From Eledone cirrhosa (lineage: Eukaryota), in NCBI GenBank assembly GCA_964016885.1, contig OZ024743.1, forward strand, positions 142,290,001 through 142,354,000: DNA of 64,000 nt, read 5' to 3'. The notes under the pieces were generated by a model. The model was given only the letters and a program-made list of their open reading frames with translations. It did not search any database and had not been told where the DNA came from. Shown here piece by piece: positions 45,031-60,800 of this stretch. Both the position numbers and the translations under genes were made by a program. Each line of letters opens with the position of its first letter. Position 1 is the stretch's first letter.

Positions 45031-48000
45031 CAAGCACCAAGCACCAAGTACCAAACACCAAACACCAAGCACCAAACACCAAACACCAAGCACCAATCAC
45101 CAAGCACGAAACACCAGGCACCAAGCACCAAGCACCAAACACCAAACACCAAGCACTAAGCACCAAACACCAAACAACAAGCACCAGGCACCAAGCACCA
45201 AACACCAAACACCAAGCACGCATCACCAAACACCAAGCACCAAGCACCAAGCACCAAAAACCAAGCACCAAGCACCAAGCACCAAACACCAGACACCAAA
45301 CACCAAGCACCAAGAACCAAACACCAAACACCAAACAGCAAGCACCAAGCACCAAACACCAAGCACCAAACACCAAACCCCAAGGACCAATCACCAAACA
45401 CTAATCACCAAGCACCAAGCACCAAACACCGAGCACCAAACACCAAGCACCAAGCACCAAACACCAAACCCCAACCACCATAGACCAAGCACCAAGCACC
45501 AAGGAACAAACACCAAGCACCAAGCACCAAGCACCAAACACCCAGCACCAAGCACCAAGCATCAAACAACAAGCACCAAGCACCAAACACCAAACACCTA
45601 ACACCAAGCACCAAGCACTAAACAGCAAGCACCAAACACCAAACACCAAACAGCAAACACCAAACAGCAAACACCAAACACCAAACACCAAACAGCAAAC
45701 ACCAAACGCCAAACACCAAGCACCAAGCACCAAGCACCAAACACCAAGCACCAAGCTCCAAGCACAAAACACCAAACACCAAGCACCAAGGACCAAACAT
45801 CAAACACCAAGCACCAAGCACCAAACACCAAACACCAAGCACCAAACACGAAGCACCAAACACCAAGCACCAAACACCAAGCACCAAACACCAAACACCA
45901 AGCACCAAGCACCAAGCACCAAACACCAAGCACCAAACACCAAGTCCCACGCACCAAGCAGCAAACAACAAGCACCAAGCCCCAAGCACCAAACACCAAG
46001 CACCAAGCACCAAGCCCCTAGCACCAAACACCAAACACCAAGCACCAAGCACAAAACACCAAGCACCAATCACCAAGCACCAAAAACCAAGCAGCAAGCA
46101 GCAAGCACCAAACACCAAACACCAAGCACCAAGCACCAAATACCAAACACCAAGCACCAAACACCAAGCACCAAACACCAAGCACCAAACACCAAGCACC
46201 AAGCACCAAGCACCAAACACCAAGCACCAGGCACCAAGCACCAAGCCCCAAACACTTAACACCAAGCACCAAGCACCAAGCACCAAACACCAATCACCAA
46301 AAACCAAACACCAAGCACCAAGTACGAAACACCAAGCACCAAGCACCAAACACCAAGCAGCAAGCACCAATCACCAAACACCAAGAACCAAGCACCAAAC
46401 ACCAAGCACCAAGCACCAAGCACCAAGCACCAAGCACCAAACACAAAACACCAAGCACCAAGCACCAAGCAGCAAACACCAAGCATCAAACACCAAACAC
46501 CAAACACCAAGCACCAAACACCAAGCACCAACACCAAACACCAAACACCAAGCACCAAGCACCAAGCACCAAACACCAAACACCAAGCACCAAACACCAA
46601 ACACCAAGCACCAAGCACCAAACACCAAACAACAAGCACCAAGCACCAAGCAAAAAACACCAAACACCAAGCACGCAGCATCAAACACCAAGCACCAAGC
46701 ACCAAGCACCAAACACCAAGCACCAAGCACCAAGCACCAAGTACCAAACACCAAACACCAAGCACCAAACACCAAACACCAAGCACCAATCACCAAGCAC
46801 GAAACACCAGGCACCAAGCACCAAGCACCAAGCACCAAGCACCAAACACCAAGTACCAATCACCAAACACCAAGCACCAAGCACCAAACACCAAGCACCA
46901 GGCACCAAGCACCAAACACCAAGCACCAAGCACCAAACACCAAGCACCAAGACCGAAGCACCAAACACCAAGCACCAAGCACAAAGCACCAAGCACCAAG
47001 CACCAAAAACCAAACACCAAGAACCAAGCACCAAACACCAAGCACCAAGCACCAAGCACCAGGCACCAAGCACCAAGCACCAAACACAAAACACCAAGCA
47101 CCAAGCACCAAGCAGCAAACACCAAGCATCAAACACCAAACACCAAACACCAAGCACCAAACACCAAGCACCAAGCACCAAACACCAAACACCAAGCACC
47201 AAGCACCAAGCACCAAACACCAAACACCAAGCAACAAACACCAGATACCAAGCACCAAGCACCAAACACCAAACTCCAAGCACCAAGCACCAAACACCAA
47301 ACAACAAGCACCAGGCACCAAGCACCAAACACCAAACACCAAGCACCAAGCACCAAACACCAAACACCAAGCACGCAGCATTAAACACCAAGCACCAAGC
47401 ACCAAGCACCAAACACCAAGCACCAAGCACCAAACACCAACCACCAAACACAAAGCACCAAGCATCAAACACCAAGCACCAAGCACCAAACACCAAGCAC
47501 CAAGTACCAAACACCAAACCCCAAGCACCAAGCACCAAACACTAATCACCAAGCACCAAGCACCAAACAACAAGCACCAAGCACCAAGCACCAGGCACCA
47601 AGCACCAAGCACCAAACACTAATCACCAAGCACCAAGCACCAAACACCATGCACCAAGCACCAAGCACCAAACACCAAGCACCAAGCACCAAACACCAAA
47701 CACCAAGATCCAAAGACCAAGCACCAAGCCCCAATCACCAAGCATCAAAAAATAAGCACCAAGCACCAAACACCAAGCACCAAGCACCAAACACCAACCA
47801 CCCATCACCAAGCACCAAGCACCAAACACCAAGCCCCAAGCAGCAAGCACCAAACACCAAACACCAAGCACCAAGCACCAAACACCAAGCACCAAGCACC
47901 AAGCACCTAGCACCAAACACCAAACACCAAGCACCAAGCACCAAACACCAAGTACCAATCACCAAGCACCAAACACCAAGCAGCAAGCAGCAATCACCAA

Positions 48001-51000
48001 ACACCAAACACCAAGCACCAAGCACCAAACACCAAGCACCAAGGACCAAACATCAAACACCAAGCACCAAGCACCAAACACCTAACACCAAGCACCAAGC
48101 ACCAAGCACCAAGCACCGAACACCAAGCACATAACACCAAGCACCAAACACCAAGCACCAAGCACCAAACACCAAGCACCAAGCACCAAGCACCAAGCAC
48201 CAAACACCAAGCACCAGGCACCAAGCACCATACACCAAGCACCATGCACCAAGCACCAAGCCCCAAACACTTAACACCAAGCACCAAGCACCAAGCACCA
48301 AACACCGATCACCAAAAACCAAACACCAAGCACCAAGTACCAAACACCAAGCACCAAGCACCAAACACCAAGCAGCAAGCACCAATCACCAAACACCAAG
48401 AACCAAGCACCAAACACCAAGCACCAAGCACCAAGCACCAGGCACCAAGCACCAAGCACCAAACACAAAACACCAAGCACCAAGCACCAAGCAGCAAAAA
48501 CCAAGCATCAAACACCAAACACCAAACACCAAGCACCAAGCACCAAGCAGCAAACAGCAAGCATCAAACACCAAACACCAAACACCAAGCACCAAACTCC
48601 AAGCATCAAGCACCAAACACCAAACACCAAGCACCAAGCACCAAACACCAAACAACAAGCACCAAACACCAAACACCAAGCACCAAGCACCAAACACCAA
48701 ACAACAAGCACCAAGCACCAAGCAAAAAACACCAAACACCAAGCACGCAGCATCAAACACCAAGCACCAAGCACCAAGCACCAAACACCAAGCACCAAGC
48801 ACCAAGCACCAAGTACCAAACACCAAACACCAAGCACCAAACACCAAACACCAAGCACGAATCACCAAGCACGAAACACCAGGCACCAAGCACCAAGCAC
48901 CAAACACCAAACACCAAGCACCAAACACCAGCCACCAAGCACCAAGCACCAAACACCAAACACCAAGCACTAAGCACCAAACACCAAACACCAAACACCA
49001 AGCACCAAACTCCAAGCATCAAGCACCAAACACCAAACACCAAGCACCAAGCACCAAACACCAAACAACAAGCACCAAACACCAAACACCAAGCACCAAG
49101 CACCAAACACCAAACAACAAGCACCAGGCACCAAGCACCAAACACCAAACACCAAGCACGCATCACCAAACACCAAGCACCAAGCACCAAGCACCAAAAA
49201 CCAAGCACCAAGCACCAAGCACCAAACACCAAACACCAAGCACCAAGCACCAAGCACCAAACACCAAACAGCAAACGCCAAACACCAAGCACCAAGCACC
49301 AAGCACCAAACACCAAGCACCAAGCTCCAAGCACAAAACACCAAACACCAAGCACCAAGGACCAAACATCAAACACCAAGCACCAAGCACCAAACACCAA
49401 ACACCAAGCACCAAACACCAAGCACCAAACACCAAGCACCAAACACCAAGCACCAAACACCAAACACCAAGCACCAAGCACCAAGCACCAAACACCAAGC
49501 ACCAAACACCAAGTCCCACGCACCAAGCAGCAAACACCAAGCACCAAGCCCCAAGCACCAAACACCAAGCACCAAGCACCAAGCCCCTAGCACCAAACAC
49601 CAAACACCAAGCACCAAGCACAAAACACCAAGCACCAATCACCAAGCACCAAACACCAAGCAGCAAGCAGCAAGCACCAAACACCAAACACCAAGCACCA
49701 AGCACCAAATACCAAACACCAAGCACCAAGGACCAAACATCAAACACCAAGCACCAAGCACCAAACGCCTAACACCAAGCACCAAGCATCAAGCACCAAG
49801 CACCAAACACCAAGTTCCAATCACCAAACACCAAGCACCAAGCACCAAACACCAAGCACCAGGCACCAAGCACCAAACACCAAGCACCAAGCACCAAACA
49901 CCAAGCACCAAGACCGAAGCACCAAACACCAAGCACCAGGCACAAAGCACCAAGCACCAAGCACCAAAAACCAAACACCAAGCACCAAGTACCAAACACC
50001 AAGCACCAAGCACCAAACACCAAGCACCAAGCACCAATCACCAAACACCAAGAACCAAGCACCAAACACCAAGCACCAAGCACCAAGCACCAGGCACCAA
50101 GCACCAAGCACCAAACACAAAACACCAAGCACCAAGCACCAAGCAGCAAACACCAAGCATCAAACACCAAACACCAAACACCAAGCACCAAACACCAAGC
50201 ACCAAGCACCAAACACCAAACACCAAACACCAAGCACCAAGCACCAAGCACCAAACACCAAATACCAAACACCAAACACCAGATACCAAGCACCAAGCAC
50301 CAAACACCAAACTCCAAGCACCAAGCACCAAACACCAAACAACAAGCACCAGGCACCAAGCACCAAACACCAAACACCAAGCACCAAGCACCAAGCACCA
50401 GGCACCAAGCACCAAGCACCAAACACTAATCACCAAGCACCAAGCACCAAGCACCAAACACCAAGCACCAAGCACCAAGCACCAAACACCAAGCACCAAG
50501 CACCAAACACCAAACACCAAGATCCAAAGACCAAGCACCAAGCCCCAATCACCAAGCATCAAAAAATAAGCACCAAACACCAAGCACCAAGCACCAAACA
50601 CCAACCACCCAGCACCAAGCACCAAGCACCAAACACCAAGCACCAAACACCAAACACCAAACACCAAGCACCAAGCACCAAGCGCCAAGCACCAAACACC
50701 AAGCACCAAGCACTAAGCACCAAACACCAAGCCCCAAGCAGCAAGCACCAAACACCAAACACCAAGCACCAAGCACCAAACACCAAGCACCAAGCACCAA
50801 GCACCTAGCACCAAACACCAAACACCAAGCACCAAGCACCAAACACGAAGCACCAATCACCAAGCACCAAACACCAAGCAGCAAGCAGTAAGCACCAAAC
50901 ACCAAACACCAAGCACCAAGCCCCAAACACCAAGCACCAAAGACCAAACATCAAACACCAAGCACCAAGCACCAAACACCTAACACCAAGCACCAAGCAC

Positions 51001-52459
51001 CAAGCACCAAGCACCGAAAACCAAGCACCAAACACCAAGCACCAAACACCAAGCACCAAGCACCAAACACCAAGCACCAAACACCAAGCACCAAGCACCA
51101 AGCACAAACACCAAGCACCAGGCACCAAGCACCAAACACCAAGAACCATGCACCAAGCACCAAGCCCCAAACACTTAACACCAAACACCAAGCACCAAGC
51201 ACCAAACACCAAGCACCAAACACCAAGCACCAAGCACCAGGCACCAAACACCAAGCACCAGGCACCAAGCACCAAACACCAAGCACCAAGCACCAAGCAC
51301 CAAACACCAAGCACCAAACACCAAGCACCAAGCACCAAGCACCAAACACCAAGCACCAGGCACCAAGCACCAAACACCAAGCACCATGCACCAAGCACCA
51401 AGCCCCAAACACTTAACACCAAGCACCAAACACCAAGCACCAAGCACCAAACACCAAGCACCAAAAACCAAACACCAAGCACCAACTACTAAACACCAAG
51501 CACCAAGCACCAAACACCAAGCACCAAGCACCAAACACCAAACACCAAGAACCAAGCAACAAACACCAAGCACCAAGGACCAAGCACCAGGCACCAAGCA
51601 CCAAGCACCAAACACAAAACACCAAGCACCAAGCACCAAGTAGCAAACACCAAGCATCAAACACCAAACACCAAACATCAAGCACCAAACACCTAGCACC
51701 AAGCACCAAACACCCAACACCAAGCACCAAGCACCAAACAACAAGCACCAGGCACCAAACACCAAACACCAAACACCAAGCACGCAGCATCAAACACCAA
51801 GCACCAAGCACCAAACAACAAGCACCAGGCACCAAACACCAAACACCAAGCACGCATCACCAAGCACCAAGCACCAAGCACCAAACACCAAGCACCAAGC
51901 ACCAAGCACCAAACACCAAACACCAAACACCAAGCACCAAGCACCAAACACCAAGCACCAAACACCAAACCCCAAGCACCAATCACAAAACACTAATCAC
52001 CAAGCACCAAGCACCAAACACCGAGCACCAAGCATCAAGCACCAAACACCAAGCACCAAGCACCAAGCACCAAGCACCAAACACCAAACACCAAGCACCA
52101 AACACCGAACCCCAAGCACCAAAGACCAAGCACCAAGCACCAATGACCAAACACCAAGCACCAAGGACCAAGCAACAAACACCAAGCACCAAGCACCAAA
52201 CACCCAGCACCAAGCACCAAGCACCAAACACCAAACACCAAGCACGCAGCATCAAACACCAAGCACCATCACCAAGCACCAAGCACAAATTACCAAACAC
52301 CAACCACCAAGCACCAAACACCAAACACCAATCACCAAGCACCAAGCACGAAACACCAGGCACCAAGTACCAAACACCAAACACCAAGCACCAAACACCA
52401 GCCACCAAGCACCAAGCACCAAACACCAAACACCAAGCACTAAGCACCAAACACCAAAC

Positions 52460-54700
52460 AGCAAGCACCAGGCACCAAGCACCAAACACCAAGCACCAAG
52501 CACCAAACACCAAGCACCAAGACCGAAGCACCAAACACCAAGCACCAAGCACAAAACACCAAGCACCAAGCACCAAAAACCAAACACCAAGCACCAAGTA
52601 CCAAACACCAAGCACCAAGCACCAAACACCAAGCACCAAGCACCAATCACCAAACACCAAGAACCAAGCACCAAATACCAAGCACCAAGCACCAAGCACC
52701 AGGCACCAAGCACCAAGCACCAAACACAAAACACCAAGCACCAAGAACCAAGCAGCAAACACCAAGCATCAAACACCAAACACCAAACACCAAGCACCAA
52801 ACACCAAGCACCAAGCACCAAACACCAAACACCAAGCACCAAGCACCAGATACCAAGCACCAAGCACCAAACACCAAACTCCAAGCACCAAGCACCAAAC
52901 ACCAAACAACAAGCACCAGGCACCAAACACCAAACACCAAGCACCAAGCACCAAACACCAAACACCAAGCACGCAGCATCAAACACCAAGCACCAAGCAC
53001 CAAGCACCAAATACCAAGCACCAAGCACCAAACACCAACCACCAAACACAAAGCACCAAGCACCAAACACCAAGCACCAAGCAACAAACACCAAGCACCA
53101 AGCACCAAACACCAAACCCCAAGCACCAAGCACCAAACACTAATCACCAAGCACCAAGCACCAAACAACAAGCACCAAGCACCAGGCACCATGCAGCAAG
53201 CACCAAACACTAATCACCAAGCACCAAGCACCAAGCACCAAACACCAAGCACCAAGCACCAAACACCAAACACCAAGATCCAAAGACCAAGCACCAAGCC
53301 CCAAGCACCAAGCACCAAAAAATAGGCACCAAGCACCAAACACCAAGCACCAAGCACCAAACACCAACCACCCAGCACCAAGCACCAAGCACCAAACACC
53401 AAGCACCAAACACCAATCACCAAGCACCAAGCACCAAGCACCAAACACCAAGTACCAAACACCAAGCACCAAACACCAAGTCCCACGCACCAAGCAGCAA
53501 ACACCAAGCACCAAGCCCCAAGCACCAATCACCAAACACCAAGCACCAAGCACCAAATACCAAACACCAAGCACCAAGGACCAAACATCAAACACCAAGC
53601 ACAAAGCACCAAACGCCTAACACCAAGCACCAAGCACCAAGCACCAAGCACCAAACACCAAGCACCAATCACCAAACACCAAGCACCAAGCACCAAACAC
53701 CAAGCACCAGGCACCAAGCACCAAACACCAAGCACCAAGCACCAAACACCAAGCACCAAGACCGAAGCACCAAACACCAAGCACCAAGCACAAAGCACCA
53801 AGCACCAAGCACCGAAAACAAAACACCAAGCACCAAGTACCAAACACCGAGCACCAAGCACCAAACACCAAGCACCAAGCACCAATCACCAAACACCAAG
53901 AACCAAGCACCAAATACCAAGCACCAAGCACCAAGCACCAGGCACCAAGCACCAAGCACCAAACACAAAACACCAAGCACCAAGAACCAAGCAGCAAACA
54001 CCAAGCATCAAACACCAAACACCAAACACCAAGCACCAAACACCAAGCACCAAGCACCAAACACCAAACACCAAGCACCAAGCACCAAGCACCAAACACC
54101 AAACACCAAGCACCAAACACCAGATACCAAGCACCAAGCACCAAACACCAAACTCCAAGCACCAAGCACCAAACACCAAACAACAAGCACCAGGCACCAA
54201 ACACCAAACACCAAGCACCAAGCACCAAACACCAAACACCAAGCACGCAGCATCAAACACCAAGCACCAAGCACCAAGCACCAAATACCAAGCACCAAGC
54301 ACCAAACACCAACCACCAAACACAAAGCACCAAGCACCAAACACCAAGCACCAAGCACCAAACACCAAGCACCAAGCACCAAACACCAAACCCCAAGCAC
54401 CAAGCACCAAACACTAATCACCAAGCACCAAGCACCAAACAACAAGCACCAAGCACCAAGCACCAGGCACCAAGCAGCAAGCACCAAACACTAATCACCA
54501 AGCACCAAGCACCAAGCACCAAACACCAAGCACCAATCATCAAACACCAAACACCAAGATCCAAAGACCAAGCACCAAGCCCCAAGCACCAAGCACCAAA
54601 AAATAAGCACCAAGCACCAAACACCAAGCACCAAGCACCAAACACCAACCACCCAGCACCAAGCACCAAGCACCAAACACCAAGCACCAAACACCAAACA
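52460..54700. repeat. Imperfect duplication, period ~1239-1274 bp (177-182 monomers)
   Basis: Minus-strand ORF start coordinates 52646/53885 and 52765/54004 (1239), and 52972/54246 and 53136/54410 (1274), with the same landmark order. Confidence 0.75.
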
Positions 54701-56329
54701 CCAAGCACCAAGCACCAAGCGCCAAGCACCAAACACCAAGCACCAAGCACTAAGCACCAAACACCAAGCCCCAAGCAGCAAGCACCAAACACCAAACACC
54801 AAGCACCAAGCACCAAACCGCAAGCACCAAGGACCAAGCACCTAGCACCAAACACCAAACACCAAGCACCAAGTACCAAACACCAATCACCAATCACCAA
54901 GCACCAAACACCAAGCAGCAAGCAGCAAGCACCAAACACCAAACACCAAGCACCAAGCACCAAACACCAAGCACCAAGGACCACACATCAAACACCAAGC
55001 ACCAAGCACCAAACACCTAACACCAAGCACCAAGCACCAAGCACCAAGCACCGAATACCAAGCACCAAACACCAAGCACCAAACACCAAGCACCAAGCAC
55101 CAAACACCAAGCACCAAACACCAAGCACCAAACACCAAGCACCAAAAACCAAACACCAAGCACCAACTACTAAACACCAAGCACCAAGCACCAAACACCA
55201 AGCACCAAGCACCAAACACCAAACACCAAGAACCAAGCACCAAACACAAAGCACCAAGGACCAAGCACCAGGCACCAAGCACCAAGCACCAAACACAAAA
55301 CACCAAGCACCAAGCACCAAGCAGCAAACACCAAGCATCAAACACCAAACACCAAACACCAAGCACCAAACACCAAGCACAAAGCACCAAACACCAAACA
55401 CCAAGCACCAAGCACCAAACAACAAGCACCAGGCACCAGGCACCAAGCACCAAACACCAAACACCAAGCACGCAGCATCAAACACCAAGCACCAAGCACA
55501 AAGCACCAAACACCAAGCACCAAGCACCAAGCACCAAGCACCAAACACCAAACACCAAGCACCAAACACCAGCCACCATGCACCAAGCACCAAACACCAA
55601 ACACCAAGCACTAAGCACCAAACACCAAACAACAAGCACCAGGCACCAAGCACCAAACACCAAACACCAAGCACGCATCACCAAGCACCAAGCACCAAGC
55701 ACCAAACACCAAGCACCAAGCACCAAGCACCAAACACCAAACACCAAACACCAAGCACCAAGCACCAAACACCAAGCACCAAACACCAAACCCCAAGCAC
55801 CAATCACAAAACACTAATCACCAAGCACCAAGCACCAAACACCGAGCACCAAGCATCAAGCACCAAACACCAAGCACCAAGCACCAAGCACCAAGCACCA
55901 AACACCAAACACCAAGCACCAAACACCAAACCCCAAGCACCAAAGACCAAGCACCAAGCACCAAGGACCAAACACCAAGCACCAAGGACCAAGCAACAAA
56001 CACCAAGCACCAAGCACCAAACACCCAGCACCAAGCACCAAGCACCAAACACCAAACACAAAGCACGCAGCATCAAACACCAAGCACCAAGCACCAAGCA
56101 CCAAGCACCAATTACCAAACACCAACCACCAAGCACCAAACACCAAACACCAATCACCAAGCACCAAGCACGAAACACCAGGCACCAAGTACCAAGTACC
56201 AAACACCAAACACCAAGCACCAAACACCAGCCACCAAGCACCAAGCACCAAACACCAAACACCAAGCACTAAGCACCAAACACCAAACAGCAAGCACCAG
56301 GCACCAAGCACCAAACACCAAGCACCAAG

Positions 56330-57060
56330 CACCAAACACCAAGCACCAAGACCGAAGCACCAAACACCAAGCACCAGGCACAAAGCACCAAGCACCAAGC
56401 ACCAAAAACCAAACACCAAGCACCAAGTACCAAACACCAAGCACCAAGCCCCAAACACCAAGCACCAAGCACCAATCACCAAACACCAAGAACCAAGCAC
56501 CAAACACCAAGCACCAAGCACCAAGCACCAGGCACCAAGCACCAAGCACCAAACACAAAACACCAAGCACCAAGAACCAAGCAGCAAACACCAAGCATCA
56601 AACACCAAACACCAAACACCAAGCACCAAACACCAAGCACCAAGCACCAAACACCAAACACCAAGCACCAAGCACCAAGCACCAAACACCAAACACCAAG
56701 CACCAAGACCGAAGCACCAAACACCAAGCACCAAGCACAAAGCACCAAGCACCAAGCACCAAAAACCAAACACCAAGCACCAAGTACCAAACACCAAGCA
56801 CCAAGCACCAAACACCAAGCACCAAGCACCAATCACCAAACTCCAAGAACCAAGCACCAAATACCAAGCACCAAGCACCAAGCACCAGGCACCAAGCACC
56901 AAGCACCAAACACAAAACACCAAGCACCAAGAACCAAGCAGCAAACACCAAGCATCAAACACCAAACACCAAACACCAAGCACCAAACACCAAGCACCAA
57001 GCACCAAACACCAAACACCAAGCACCAAGCACCAAGCACCAAACACCAAACACCAAGCAC
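56330..57060. repeat. Tandem duplication, period 357 bp (51 monomers)
   Basis: accgaag at 56351 and 56708; ORF coordinates 56594/56951 and 56475/56832. Confidence 0.8.
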
Positions 57061-57819
57061 CAAACACCAGATACCAAGCACCAAGCACCAAACACCAAAC
57101 TCCAAGCACCAAGCACCAAACACCAAACAACAAGCACCAGGCACCAAACATCAAACACCAAGCACCAAGCACCAAACACCAAACACCAAGCACACAGCAT
57201 CAAACACCAAGCACCAAGCACCAAGCACCAAATACCAAGCACCAAGCACCAAACACCAACCACCAAACACAAAGCACCAAGCACCAAACACCAAGCACCA
57301 AGCAACAAACACCAAGCACCAAGCACCAAACACCAAACCCCAAGCACCAAGCACCAAACACTAATCACCAAGCACCAAGCACCAAACAACAAGCACCAAG
57401 CACCAGGCACCATGCAGCAAGCACCAAACACTAATCACCAAGCACCAAGCACCAAGCACCAAACACCAAGCACCAAGCACCAAACACCAAACATCAAGAT
57501 CCAAAGACCAAGCACCAAGCCCCAAGCACCAAGCACCAAAAAATAAGCACCAAGCACCAAACACCAAGCACCAAGCACCAAACACCAACCACCCAGCACC
57601 AAGCACCAAGCACCAAACACCAAGCACCAAACACCAAACACCAAGCACCAAGCACCAAGCGCCAAGCACCAAACACCAAGCCCCAAGCACCAAGCACCAA
57701 ACACCAAGCACCAAGCACCAAGCACCTAGCACCAAACACCAAACACCAAGCACCAAGCACCAAACACCAATTACCAAGCACCAAACACCAAGCAGCAAGC
57801 AGCAAGCACCAAGCACCAA

Positions 57820-60800
57820 ACACCAAGCACCAAGCACCAAGCCCCTAGCACCAAACACCAAACCCCAAGCACCAAGCACGCATCACCAAACACCAAGCAC
57901 CAAGCACCAAGCACCAAAAACCAAGCACCAAGCACCAAGCACCAAAAACCAAACACCAAACACCGAGCACCAAGAACCAAACACCAAACACCAAACAGCA
58001 AACACCAAGCACCAAGCACGAAACACCAGGCACCAAGCACCAAGTACCAAACACCAAACACCAAGCACCAAACACCAGCCACCAAGCACCAAGCACCAAA
58101 CACCAAACACCAAGCACTAAGCACCAAACACCAAACAGCAAGCACCAGGCACCAAGGACCAAACACCAAACACCAAGCACGCAGCACCAAACACCAAGCA
58201 CCAAGCACCAAGCACCAAACACCAAACACCAAGCACCAAGCACCAAGAATCAAACACCAAACACCAAACAGCAAGCACCAAGCACCAAACACCAAGCACC
58301 AAACACGAAACACCAAGCACTAAGCACCAAACACCAAACAACAAGCACCAGGCACCAAGCACCAAACACCAAACACCAAGCACGCAGCACCAAACACCAA
58401 GCACCAAGCACCAAGCACCAAACACCAAGCACCAAGCACCAAATACCAAGCACCAGGCACCAACCAGCAAACACCAAGCACCAAGCACCAAACACCAAGC
58501 ACCAAACACAAAGCACCAAGCACCAAACACCAAACCCCAAGCACCAAACACCAAACCTCAAGCACCAAGCACAAAACACTAATCACCAAGCACCAAGCAC
58601 CAAACAACAAGCACCAAGCACCAAGCACCAGGCACCAAGCACCAAGCACCAAACACTAATCACCAAGCACCAACCACCAAGCACCAAACACCAAGCACCA
58701 AGCACCAAGCACAAAACACCAAGCACCAAGCACCAAACACCAAACACCAAGCACCAAAGACCAAGCACGAAGCACCAAGCACCAAGCACCAAACAATAAG
58801 CACCAAGCACCAAGCACCAAACACCAAGCACCAAGCACCATGCACCAAGCACCAAGCACTAAGCACCAAACACCAAGCCCCAAGCACCAAGCACCAAACA
58901 CCAAACACCAAGCACCAAGCACCAAACACCAAGCACCAAGCACCATGCACCTAGCACCAAACACCAAACACCAAGCACCAAGCACCAAACACCAAGCACC
59001 AATCACCAAGCACCAAACACCAAGCAGCAAGCACCAAACACCAAGCACCAAACACCAAGCACCAAGCACCAAGCACCAAACACCAAGCACCAGCCACCAA
59101 GCACCAAACACCAAGCACCATGCACCAAGCACCAAGCCCCAAACACTTAACACCAAGCACCAAGCACCAAGCACCAAACACCAATTACCAAAAACCAAAC
59201 ACCAAGCACCAAGTACCAAACACCAAGCACCAAGCACCAAGCACCAAGCACCAAGCACCAATCTCCAAACACCAAGAACCAAGCACCAAACACCAAGCAC
59301 CAAGGACCAAACATCAAACACCAAGCACCAAGCACCAAACACCTAACACCAAGCACCAAGCACCAAGCACCGAACACCAAGCACATAACACCAAGCACCA
59401 AACACCAAGCACCAAGCACCAAACACCAAGCACCAAACACCAAGCACCAAGCACCAAACACCAAGCACCAGGCACCAAGCACCAAACACCAAGCACCATG
59501 CACCAAGCACCAAGCCCCAAACACTTAACACCAAGCACCAAGCACCAAGCACCAAACACCAATCACCAAAAACCAAACACCAAGCACCAAGTACCAAACA
59601 CCAAGCACCAAGCACCAAACACCAAGCACCAAGCACCAATCACCAAACACCAAGAACCAAGCACCATACACCAAGCACCAAGCACCAAGCACCAGGCACC
59701 AAGCACCAAGCACCAAACACAAAACACCAAGCACCAAGCACCAAGCAGCAAACACCAAGCATCAAACACCAAACACCAAACACCAAGCACCAAACACCAA
59801 GCACCAAGCACCAAACACCAAACACCAAGCACCAAGCACCAAACACGAAACACCAAACACCAAGCACCAAGCACCAAAGACCAAGCACCAAGCACCAAAC
59901 AACAAACACCAAGCACCAAACACCAGATATCAAGCACCAAGCACCAAACCCCAAGCACCAATTACCAAACACTAATCACCAAGCACCAAGCACCAAACAC
60001 CGAGCACCACACACCAAGCACCAAGCACCAAACACCAAACCCCAACCACCATAGACCAAGCACCAAGCACCAAAGAACAAACACCAAGCACCAAACACCA
60101 AACACCAAACACCAAACACCAAGCACCAAGCACTAAACAGCAAGCACCAAACACCAAACACCAAACAGCAAACACCAAACAGCAAACACCAAACACCAAA
60201 CAGCAAACAGCAAACGCCAAACACCAAGGACCAAACACCAAGCACCAAGCACCAAGCACAAAACACCAAACACCAAGCACCAAGGACCAAACATCAAACA
60301 CCAAGCACCAAGCACCAAACACCAAACACCAAGCACCAAACACCAAGCACCAAACACCAAGCACCAAACACCAAGCACCAAACACCAAACACCAAGCACC
60401 AAGCACCAAGCACCAAACACCAAGTACCAAACACCAAGCACCAAACACCAAGTCCCACGCACCAAGCAGCAAACACCAAGCACCAAGCCCCAAGCACCAA
60501 ACACCAAGCACCAAGCACCAAGCCCCTAGCACCAAACACCAAACCCCAAGCACCAAGCACGCATCACCAAACACCAAGCACCAAGCACCAAGCACCAAAA
60601 ACCAAGCACCAAGCACCAAGCACCAAAAACCAAACACCAAACACCGAGCACCAAGAACCAAACACCAAACACCAAACAGCAAACACCAAGCACCAAGCAC
60701 GAAACACCAGGCACCAAGCACCAAGTACCAAACACCAAACACCAAACACCAAACACCAGCCACCAAGCACCAAGCACCAAACACCAAACACCAAGCACTA

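Larger units (their letters stand above)
51440..57640. repeat. Older imperfect duplication, offset ~3821-4221 bp (copies ~51.4-53.4 kb and ~55.1-57.6 kb)
   Basis: ORF pairs 51997/55818 (3821), 52440/56269 (3829) and 53210/57431 (4221); shared rare landmarks caccaat-cacaaaa-cactaat (~51977/55798) and caccatg-cagcaag (~53187/57408). Confidence 0.75.
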
